Source: Candidatus Fermentibacterota bacterium
GTDB taxonomy: Bacteria > Fermentibacterota > Fermentibacteria > Fermentibacterales > JCC-6
Direction: 5' to 3'
Assembly: GCA_003646025.1 (NCBI GenBank)
Contig: QNDR01000001.1
Location: 3,837-67,836, forward strand
DNA: 64,000 bases
Position 1 is the first letter of the stretch. Every line of letters begins with the position of its first letter. The notes under the pieces are model-generated. The model was not told where the DNA came from and did no database searches. It was given only the letters and a program-made list of their open reading frames with translations. The translations under genes were made by a program, and so were the position numbers. Positions 1 through 8,088 of this stretch are shown one piece after another.

Positions 1-141
1 TTCTCTTCATTTCCCTCTTCGCCAATCCAGAAGACCGTTACAGATATGTCTTCATGGACGGTGAAACCGTTACCACCGGAAGGTCCCGTGGCTCCGCTGC
101 TTCCGCATGCAGATAATACCAGCATCGTAACCATCAGAATT
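1..141 (-). CDS. possible 5' end of a lipoprotein gene that runs off the window edge (MVTMLVLSACGSSGATG...)
   Basis: ATG at 141 on the minus strand opens a frame with a lipobox-like LSAC and continues to base 1. The signal peptide is very short, there is no positively charged n-region and no clear RBS. Confidence 0.2.
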
Positions 142-218
142 ATACGCAGTTTGATCAGAACACCTCCATTCCAGCTGATAGTATAACCTGCTACACTTCA
201 GTTTTACAGGTTAAGGCT

Positions 219-3200
219 TCATTTCTCCGTGTTGTTCCTGTCATCTTCAGAAAGGTACTTACGAAGTGTTTTGGGATCGCACTTCAGTGCTTTTGCCGCT
301 TTTGACCTGCTTCCTCCAAATGATTCAACGGTGTGTCTGATGTGTCTTTTGATAGCTTCGTGAAGAGTAAGGGTTTCGGAATCGTCTGGATGTATATCGC
401 CCAGCACGATATTACTTCTCCTGACAGTGTCTCCCCGAGCTGCTATTGACGCTCTTTTCATAACATTGGAAAGTTCCCGGATGTTTCCAGGCCATCTGTA
501 AGATGAAAGCAGCTGAAGAGCTCCACCGCTTATTTTTTTTGAAGTAAACAGGGGGATTAGAAGCGGGATGTCTTCCAGTCTGTCCCGGAGTGGCGGTAGA
601 GAAATACGGATTACCGAAATGCGGTAGTAGAGATCTGTTCTGAAAGAACCTTTTGCCAGTTGTTCTGCAATGTTGGCATTCGTAGCTGTAACAAGTCTGA
701 AATCAGTTTTTCTCTCTATGGTTTCTCCGAGTCGTCTGAATACACCGCTGTCAAGGACTCTAAGCAGTTTTGCCTGCATAAGAAGAGGCAGATTTCCTAT
801 CTCATCGAGAAACAGAGTCCCCCCGTCGGCTTCTTCCAGAAGGCCTTTTCTCGAGTAGTTAACCCCGGTGTAAGCACCTCTGGCCGCTCCGAAGAATTCA
901 GATTCCATAAGTGCTTCCGGTATGGCTCCGCAGTCAACAGGCACAAAACTGCCGTGCTTTCTTCCGCTTCTGGAATGGATTGCTCTTGCACAAAGCTCTT
1001 TTCCTGTTCCTGTTTCTCCGGTGATGAAAACTGCGGCATCTTCAGGTGCTGCTCTTTTTATCTCCGTTCTGATGCTTTTTATTCTGTCGGATTCGCCTGC
1101 TATTTCCAGAGAAAGTCTGTCTTTCTCTGGAGCCGGTTTCCCGGAAAACGGCACTGCGGTAATTACTGCAGCTACAGGTTCCAGAAAAGGAGCAATATCA
1201 GCGGCGAGACTACCGGAACAGTACAGAGGTACAGCGCCTGGAACCTTTGAGGCAGCCGGTCCGGGTACGGAACTGATTTCCTCAAGGTTCAGTGCTGTTG
1301 TGAGATCGGGGAGGTCTGATTCTCCTTCAAGATAGTTCTGTATCCATCTGGAAACTGTTCTCAGAGTTTCTTCGGTAAAATTCTGAGGCTTGAATGATTC
1401 ATGTAAAGCAGAGGGCCACACTGATGAAAATAGATTGCTGTAATCCTGTTTTTCTTCTGGTGTAAGCTGACTTAGAATGTCTTCTCTGTATTTCAGCAGG
1501 CTTTTTCTATACACCGGGCTGTCGGGTTGTCCGCATTTGTCTGCCAGTCTGCATGCCAGCAGTGGAGAAGGCATGCCCAGAAGTACTTCGAATCCTTTTT
1601 CCCTCTCTTTACCTGAAATTATCTGCAGAACCGCCAGCTCTTCCGGGAGCCCAACGGTAATTTCACTGATCCTGCTCTCCGACAGGTCCGGGCAGTTCTG
1701 CTGCAGGAGTAATTCAATCTCCGCCAGACACACCAGGTGTCTGTCTCCAAGGACATGTCCTCTGGATCTTGCTTCGTTCAGGAGATCTGTTCCCCTTGAA
1801 ATATCACCTGACTGGATATAGAGCTGACCTGCATACAGGGTACTTAGCCCGTAGTAGAGTTCCAGCCCGTAAAGGTGAGCTTCCGAGGCTGCTTTCAACG
1901 CACTGGGGAGTGACTTTTCTCCGCTTCCAAGTAGAACCCCGCGGTATGCTTCCAGCATATTCAGCATCTGGCTGGAAAGTTTTCCCCCTGTTTTCAGCAG
2001 TTTTGCAAGCCTGGTATGTGTTTCTCCGGCTTCCCGTATTCGTCCCATTTTAAGCTGCATTACATACAGGTCTATGTGGGGTGGTCTCGAAAAGGAGAGC
2101 ATATTCTCGTCGTAAAACCGAACAGCTGTTTTGTAGTCTTCCAGAGCCTCCTGCCAGTAACCTGTGTTCTGGAGTGTTCTCCCTCTTTCCTGAAGGCTCT
2201 TTACCAGCAGGGAAATACTTGTGAGTCCCCTTGCGAGAAGAACAGCCGCCTCAGCGTGTTCAAGCGCGTCCTCGTACAGTCCAAGACGCATTTCAAGATT
2301 TCTCAGGGCGCAGTAAATATTTACCCTTTCTGCCCCGGTGGCATCCTTCAGTTTCTGCTTCAGAGGAAGAAAAGCAGATGCCGGTGAACCGGTGAGGTCA
2401 AGCAGTTTTGCCAGCATAGGCAGTATTTCCGGGTCGGAACTGTTTTGCAGAACTTCCAGTGCCCTGTGTACGTCGCCCTTACCAAGGCAGGCTTCAGCCA
2501 TGAGAGATGGTTTATCTTCACCTTCAAGCAGACGGGCAGCTTCTTCAAATCTGCCCAGTGCAATCAGGATTTTCCCCTTGAGAGTATGGTTTGAGCTGGA
2601 CACACACTTGAGAGACTCGGAATATCGGCCAAGCATAAACAGGCTTTCCGCTTTGCTGTCATTTTCTTTAATACCTGGCAGTGCCGCCGTGTGCCGCCAG
2701 GCTCCTTCCGCAAACAGAGTTTTTTCCGAAAAGAAAGGCCTGTTCATATCTGCGGACTGCTCTGCCGTAACTCGGCCTCTCGGTCCGTACCACGAGGGAC
2801 CTGTTCCGCTTACGGTAATTCCGGCGGGTATATCAGCCAGAGGAACATCCACAGCTGAATCTGTATCTCCGGGAAGCAAAAGCTTTTCTGCCTGGAACAC
2901 ATCAGGAACGGATGCGCCGCAGATAACCATACGAAGGCCGGAAGGGATCAACCGGGCCATCTGCTTGAGAATGGCAACAAAGTCCGCCTGGTCTGCAGTG
3001 AGATCCTGCACTATCAGGAGTTTTTCTATCCCTTTCTTTCCGGCAAAAGTGTTCTCAAGAAGATCTCCTGGAGAGCCGGTAAAAGTTCCAGCCGGAACAT
3101 CGGGCAGCGGCCTGTTCCGTTCTCCTGCGGCGCAGCGTATTACCCTGCACAGCCAGCCCTTCCTCTCCGCAATACCTGTGAGTTGATTAACATAGATATC

Positions 3201-3875
3201 CCGGCTCTGCCAGCTTCCACCCTGTACTGTGCTTACTCCAGGGGCAGGCTCTATAGCTTCTGGAAGTTTTGGTGTGCTGAATTTGTATCCGTATTTCACC
3301 GCCGTCTTCAATCTGGTCTGGAGATTGTTGCTGAACAGAGCGTTTGCGTCTCTCGCATCGTCAGGTTCTCTGATCCAGTTCATCTTCAGAGCTACAGACG
3401 CCAGCATAAACAGATCTGAAAACACTCCTGGAACACCTCCGGCTTTAACTTCGCTGGGTGCATCCCGATGAACAGACAGGAGTCCATCTCCCCAGAATAT
3501 CAGTGAAACCGTAGTATTGTCAGCGACAAAACAGTGTTCATCAATAGAGAGATGGTTCATTCCGGTATCGTGAAGAGCCTTGAGCGGTTTGATAAGCTTT
3601 GAAAGAGTCAGTGTTTCTTTCGGAGGTGAAAATCCGGTGCTTCTAACAGAAAGACACCAGCTGCCGTCTTTCAATTCTGTTATCCCGTCAGGGATGATAA
3701 TGCCCTTTGTACCACGGATTCTATCATAGACAGCGTCCAGATAGCGTACTTGTGTGTTTTCTGGAAGAATGTATCCAAGTCTGCTGTTACCATGCCCGTC
3801 AACAAACTCTATGTGAGATCTTCCATAGGAATCGTGTGTTCTAAGGGAAATATTTACTATTTTAACTGCATTCAT
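219..3875 (-). CDS. sigma-54-dependent transcriptional activator with an N-terminal Ser/Thr-kinase-like domain and a central TPR region
   Basis: The C-terminal AAA+ enhancer-binding-protein core is present (GETGTGKE Walker A; ESEFFGAARGAYTGV at the GAFTGA position, i.e. GAYTGV). A C-terminal Fis-type HTH is present (SRSKAAKALKCDPKTLRKYL). The N-terminus has a degenerate kinase catalytic-loop-like HDTGMNHLSIDEH. The middle is rich in TPR-like repeats. Start ATG at 3875 is preceded by GGGGGGGGGTAAT. Confidence 0.85.
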   Translation of the reverse strand: MNAVKIVNISLRTHDSYGRSHIEFVDGHGNSRLGYILPENTQVRYLDAVYDRIRGTKGIIIPDGITELKDGSWCLSVRSTGFSPPKETLTLSKLIKPLKALHDTGMNHLSIDEHCFVADNTTVSLIFWGDGLLSVHRDAPSEVKAGGVPGVFSDLFMLASVALKMNWIREPDDARDANALFSNNLQTRLKTAVKYGYKFSTPKLPEAIEPAPGVSTVQGGSWQSRDIYVNQLTGIAERKGWLCRVIRCAAGERNRPLPDVPAGTFTGSPGDLLENTFAGKKGIEKLLIVQDLTADQADFVAILKQMARLIPSGLRMVICGASVPDVFQAEKLLLPGDTDSAVDVPLADIPAGITVSGTGPSWYGPRGRVTAEQSADMNRPFFSEKTLFAEGAWRHTAALPGIKENDSKAESLFMLGRYSESLKCVSSSNHTLKGKILIALGRFEEAARLLEGEDKPSLMAEACLGKGDVHRALEVLQNSSDPEILPMLAKLLDLTGSPASAFLPLKQKLKDATGAERVNIYCALRNLEMRLGLYEDALEHAEAAVLLARGLTSISLLVKSLQERGRTLQNTGYWQEALEDYKTAVRFYDENMLSFSRPPHIDLYVMQLKMGRIREAGETHTRLAKLLKTGGKLSSQMLNMLEAYRGVLLGSGEKSLPSALKAASEAHLYGLELYYGLSTLYAGQLYIQSGDISRGTDLLNEARSRGHVLGDRHLVCLAEIELLLQQNCPDLSESRISEITVGLPEELAVLQIISGKEREKGFEVLLGMPSPLLACRLADKCGQPDSPVYRKSLLKYREDILSQLTPEEKQDYSNLFSSVWPSALHESFKPQNFTEETLRTVSRWIQNYLEGESDLPDLTTALNLEEISSVPGPAASKVPGAVPLYCSGSLAADIAPFLEPVAAVITAVPFSGKPAPEKDRLSLEIAGESDRIKSIRTEIKRAAPEDAAVFITGETGTGKELCARAIHSRSGRKHGSFVPVDCGAIPEALMESEFFGAARGAYTGVNYSRKGLLEEADGGTLFLDEIGNLPLLMQAKLLRVLDSGVFRRLGETIERKTDFRLVTATNANIAEQLAKGSFRTDLYYRISVIRISLPPLRDRLEDIPLLIPLFTSKKISGGALQLLSSYRWPGNIRELSNVMKRASIAARGDTVRRSNIVLGDIHPDDSETLTLHEAIKRHIRHTVESFGGSRSKAAKALKCDPKTLRKYLSEDDRNNTEK

Positions 3876-4173
3876 ATTACCCCCCCCCAGGCAGGCGCAA
3901 CATACTGCAATGCAAGATGTACAACAATAGTATCATTTTTGTATTGGTAAAAAATCCCTTTTACGGGGAAAATATCCTGAACAAATGCATCAATTCTACA
4001 TAAGCATTGTATCATGCTTTACAGCAACAATATAGATTCTGATGCGATGATTGTTTTTAGCGAAGTACAGGGAGGTTAGAAGGACTACGGGAAAGATGTC
4101 GCGTTTAAACCGGCATCGACAAAAGTGCATTGCGTATCTAAACAATTCACTATCTGTATTCCGACAGCTGGAT

Positions 4174-5805
4174 CTACAGAGTTACACTGAAACAATCGAT
4201 GGTTGAGCAGGCATTTCCGCTGAGAAACCCCCACAAAAAATCTCCGTCCCTGGAAGGATACAGGAATACACCCCAGCCAATCAAGCTGGGCACTCCCCCG
4301 ACCGTGCCCATAAATTCCCCGTTTTGCATGTCATAAATGTCCAGTGAGTAATCTTCTGCAACATCTGTTCGATGATACAGATAGACCAGATATTCTCTTC
4401 CAGGCAGAACGGCGGCGCCCCTGGTGTTTGCTGGAAAAGCATAATTGCCCTGAAAACTGAGGTCTTCCGCATTATACCATTCAACCCCGGTTTCGCTAAA
4501 GCAGTAAAGGTTCCCGTCCAGACCAGCCTGAATATTTGTGTATGAGCCATTGATAGTCCCCAGATATTCAAGGCTGGAGCTTGTGAGAGCTTTTACTCCC
4601 GAACCCGTCAAAACAAACGACCTGTTAAGGTTATCGAATGAGACCGCGGAGGTAAATTCATAAGGTATGGAATCGATTACCTCAAAGGAAGAGGGATCGA
4701 GCACCAGTGCCTTGTTTTCTGACGAGCAGAGAATTCCGGCAGGAGTTTCGAACACACAACTCAAAGCCCGGTCAAAGTCAGCTGTCTGGAGTACACAGGA
4801 AATATCTTCTGAAATATTACACATATGGTAACTCTGGTCGCTGTTCATATAAGTAACAAGTACAGAGCCATCTGGTCTTTCAGCCAGACAGAAAATACGA
4901 TGGTAGTTCATGGACCCGAAGTAATTGCCGGAAACGGCGTCAATGCCTCTTACGGTGCCGGAATTATAGTAATCATTCCAGTAGTGAAAATACACTCTGC
5001 GGGAATCCCTGGATACCAGTCCAAAATCAGTGTAGTCGATGACATTAGCTTCATATATTCCAAAATTCCTGTCCAGGAACCACGGAATATCAGCTCCTGG
5101 AGTAAAACAGACTTCGTTGCTGTAGGAGACGATATCTTCTCCGGCGCTCACTGCCAGCACATAGTACCTTGGAAATCTGTCTGTGATGGTGGAATCAGAG
5201 AACTGGCCCGCACTGTGATCTGTTGTAATCAGCAGTGTATCCCTTGGATAGTTGGAGTGCTCAATATCTTCCTGCCAGGATCTCAGCAGACAGGCTGACT
5301 GGAATGTGCTGTCGGAACAGGCCTCCCACGAAAGAAGGCAGTTCTTAAAAAGAAACTTCTGGTAAGAGAGTTCTCCAGGAGCAGGAAAAGGAGAAGCGGG
5401 AGTCTGAACAACAACCTCATTGCTCCATTTGTCACCGCCCCGGGAAGGTATCGCCTTAACGACGTAGTAGTAATCAGTGTTCCATTCGAGTTCATCTGAG
5501 TCAACCCACAAAGTACTCAGAAGTACAGTGAGTTCCTCCGCACTTTCAGGGTTATTCTCAATCCCCGGTTCCAGACTTCTGTACACCCTGTACTCAAATC
5601 TGGTATCGGGCAGGGGCGCGTTCCATTCAATTGTAAATGCGCAATAGGGAACAGATGCTGCACCCCTGGACAGAGAATCGAGTCCTGTGGAGTCTCCCGT
5701 AAATTCAATTGATGTGATAAAGAAATCAGGAGATGAAGGACCTGCATTGTAGCATGCAGCGAAACACAACACAGACAGAATAATAAAAAGAGCTGGAAAT
5801 CTCAT
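4174..5805 (-). CDS. secreted lipoprotein of unknown function, possibly with FN3/beta-propeller-like repeats
   Basis: The track ORF starts at 5961, but the internal ATG at 5805 has a strong RBS (GGAGGTGCA-ATG) and gives a classic lipoprotein signal MRFPALFIILSVLCFAAC. I recognise no catalytic motifs. Confidence 0.6.
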   Translation of the reverse strand: MRFPALFIILSVLCFAACYNAGPSSPDFFITSIEFTGDSTGLDSLSRGAASVPYCAFTIEWNAPLPDTRFEYRVYRSLEPGIENNPESAEELTVLLSTLWVDSDELEWNTDYYYVVKAIPSRGGDKWSNEVVVQTPASPFPAPGELSYQKFLFKNCLLSWEACSDSTFQSACLLRSWQEDIEHSNYPRDTLLITTDHSAGQFSDSTITDRFPRYYVLAVSAGEDIVSYSNEVCFTPGADIPWFLDRNFGIYEANVIDYTDFGLVSRDSRRVYFHYWNDYYNSGTVRGIDAVSGNYFGSMNYHRIFCLAERPDGSVLVTYMNSDQSYHMCNISEDISCVLQTADFDRALSCVFETPAGILCSSENKALVLDPSSFEVIDSIPYEFTSAVSFDNLNRSFVLTGSGVKALTSSSLEYLGTINGSYTNIQAGLDGNLYCFSETGVEWYNAEDLSFQGNYAFPANTRGAAVLPGREYLVYLYHRTDVAEDYSLDIYDMQNGEFMGTVGGVPSLIGWGVFLYPSRDGDFLWGFLSGNACSTIDCFSVTL

Positions 5806-5899
5806 TGCACCTCCTGTACAGACTGTATCTACCTTTACCCGGGGGCCTGGTTCATTGTTCCTTCGACTGAATCCTGTTTCCATCTGTGCTCCGGGAAAC

Positions 5900-5928
5900 T
5901 TGACATTTTTCGTTTTGCCGTAATAATG
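5900..5928 (+). promoter_or_regulatory. sigma-70-like promoter (TTGACA-N16/17-AATAAT/ATAATG) that would give a leaderless or near-leaderless mRNA for the 5934 gene
   Basis: TTGACA at 5900-5905, an AATAAT/ATAATG -10 around 5922-5928, and ATG at 5934 only about 6 nt downstream. Confidence 0.3.
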
Positions 5929-5933
5929 CCACC

Positions 5934-8081
5934 ATGAATTTACTGCTTCTTTTTGTGGCATTGTGTGGTGTTTCTGTAGAAAAAACTGAGCACGCTCCGG
6001 TGATCGATGGAGTGCTGAACGACCAGTGCTGGCAGGAGTCAGCCTTCTTCGGGGGAGAGTTTACCGCTTTTCAGCCAAGAACAGATGTTCCTCTCTCTCA
6101 GCTGACGGACATTAAACTAGCCTACGATGAACACAATCTGTACGTCTGTGCTTTTATGCATGACAACGATCCATCCAGAATAATACACCAGGTCGGTGCA
6201 AGGGATGATGACCAGCCGGTGGACAAATTCTATATCTACCTCGACACCTTTGATGACAATGCCAACTGTTTTGTGTTTGTGGTTACAGTGGACGGTGTTC
6301 AGCTGGATTACAGAGTAACCGAAGTCGCAGGTTACGACATGAACTGGGATGCCGTGTGGAGTTCCGCCGCTACGGTGTGTGATTCCGGGTGGACGGCTGA
6401 GGTGGCTATCCCATTTTCGGTTCTCAGGTATTCGTCTGCGGAGGAGCAGATCTGGGGTGTTAACTTCGGAAGAAGGGTTTCCTATTCCAACGAAACAGGG
6501 TACCTTTTCAGGATGAAAGAACGAGGAGACGTAGATATTTCCTGTTTTGCCGATCTTACCGGTCTGTGTAATCTTCCTGAAAAGCATCGGGTGGAAATAC
6601 GCCCGTTTGTTGCAGGGAGGCTGCAGTTTACCGGTGATGAAAGCCTGTTCAGCAACCCGTGGGGAAGTGCCGGAGTGGATATTAAGGTGCCCCTTTCCAT
6701 GCAGTCAGTGCTCGACCTTACAGTTCTGCCGGATTTTGGTCAGGTAGAGTCTGATGCGGATCAGGGAAATATCTCGCACTGGGCACCGTGGCTGAGAGAA
6801 AAGAGACCGTTTTTTATGGAGGGCACGGAGATATTTGAGATGCCTTTCAATATGTTTTACTCCAGAAACATTGGATCGGTAGCCATGAATGGAGAGTTGA
6901 TCCCCATCCTTGGTGGGGCGAAGGTTACAGGTACTTCCGGTAAGCTTCGTTACGGTTTTCTTGAGGTGATTACCGACAGGGTCTGGGAAGCTGATACAAT
7001 GCTTGTGGAATCTTCAACTTCATACGGAATTGGTTCTCTGCTTGAGGAATTCAGTCCGGGCAACTGGATGAAAATTTCTGCTACCAGTGTGGATGTTCCC
7101 GGTCAGGGCGGAGGCGAGTACGTGTTTGGAAGATCCGCCTCTTTCAGTGGAATGGCTACCGTGAAGGAATATTTTGAGTTTGAGGGAGAACTCGGTCTTA
7201 CCTGGAACAGATTTCAGGAAGAATCAGAGAATGCTGCTTTCCGTGTTGAAGCCGGATACAATCGGGAATATTTCGATATGAGTATTTCAGCAAGCAAGTC
7301 CGGTGACAATTTTAACCCTTCGTTCATGGGTTACATGCAGGGTAACGGGGTAACCTCGTATTCGTTTGATACAGATATCTCCCGCGATTTTGATTCAGGT
7401 TTCATGAGCGGTGTGTGGCTGGGGCTGGGTTCCAGTTACAGTCTGGATTCTTCAGACCGGAATACCGGAAGCGGAGTTAACATGTGGCTTGGGGGATCAA
7501 CGGTAAGCAGGTATCACATGAACTGCTGGGCCAACTACATTGACCGTTCGTTCGACAGATACGAGGGGCCCGAAGGAAGATGGTACAATGGCGGATTCTC
7601 TGGAGGAGTTTCCGTGTCTACCGACTTCAGAAAGCCAGTTGCCGGCTGGGCAAGTGCCAGTCGCAGTGTCTATCTCGATTCATGGACAAGAAGGTTTTCA
7701 ACAGGGATCATGATAAAACCAACGCCGGTTCTGTCTTTTGATATAGAGCCATCAATGCGTATACAGAAACCGGCTACAAGCTACAACTGGTCGGAAGAGA
7801 GCTGGGAGAACACCTCTTCTGACTGGAAGTCTCTCAGTATTACCGCTTCGTACATGGTAACACCACTGATGAGAATCAGATTCAACGGACAGATGTCCAG
7901 GTTTGAAAGAGTATGGGACACTGAATCCTCTTCGAGCACAAATGACAACATCTGGGTTAATCTTCTGTACAGCTGGGAGTATCTTCCCGGCAGCTGGTTC
8001 CACTTCCTTGTTGGAGAGGTCAGCGAAGGTGAAGAAGACCCGGAGTTCACAGTTTACGCAAAGGTTTCCAGGTTTTTCTAA
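5934..8081 (+). CDS. DUF5916-type outer-membrane protein with an N-terminal CBM9-like carbohydrate-binding domain
   Basis: The N-terminal region matches the pattern of DUF5916/CBM9-like proteins (HAPVIDGVLNDQCWQESAFFGGEFTAFQP...YVCAFMHD..KFYIYLDTFDD). It has a long beta-rich body and a C-terminal aromatic residue (..VSRFF) typical of OM beta-barrels. Confidence 0.5.
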   Translation: MNLLLLFVALCGVSVEKTEHAPVIDGVLNDQCWQESAFFGGEFTAFQPRTDVPLSQLTDIKLAYDEHNLYVCAFMHDNDPSRIIHQVGARDDDQPVDKFYIYLDTFDDNANCFVFVVTVDGVQLDYRVTEVAGYDMNWDAVWSSAATVCDSGWTAEVAIPFSVLRYSSAEEQIWGVNFGRRVSYSNETGYLFRMKERGDVDISCFADLTGLCNLPEKHRVEIRPFVAGRLQFTGDESLFSNPWGSAGVDIKVPLSMQSVLDLTVLPDFGQVESDADQGNISHWAPWLREKRPFFMEGTEIFEMPFNMFYSRNIGSVAMNGELIPILGGAKVTGTSGKLRYGFLEVITDRVWEADTMLVESSTSYGIGSLLEEFSPGNWMKISATSVDVPGQGGGEYVFGRSASFSGMATVKEYFEFEGELGLTWNRFQEESENAAFRVEAGYNREYFDMSISASKSGDNFNPSFMGYMQGNGVTSYSFDTDISRDFDSGFMSGVWLGLGSSYSLDSSDRNTGSGVNMWLGGSTVSRYHMNCWANYIDRSFDRYEGPEGRWYNGGFSGGVSVSTDFRKPVAGWASASRSVYLDSWTRRFSTGIMIKPTPVLSFDIEPSMRIQKPATSYNWSEESWENTSSDWKSLSITASYMVTPLMRIRFNGQMSRFERVWDTESSSSTNDNIWVNLLYSWEYLPGSWFHFLVGEVSEGEEDPEFTVYAKVSRFF

Positions 8082-8088
8082 AACTGAT

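Noticed and set aside
660-3471. Multiple 60-280-aa ORFs on the plus strand inside the sigma-54 activator gene, for example 2338..3186.
   Set aside because: They are antisense shadows of a 1218-aa gene with strong domain signatures. They have no RBS and low-complexity translations.
4174-5961. Track ORF start at 5961 for the lipoprotein.
   Set aside because: The internal ATG at 5805 has a GGAGGTG RBS and yields a proper lipoprotein signal peptide. The 52-aa upstream extension has neither.
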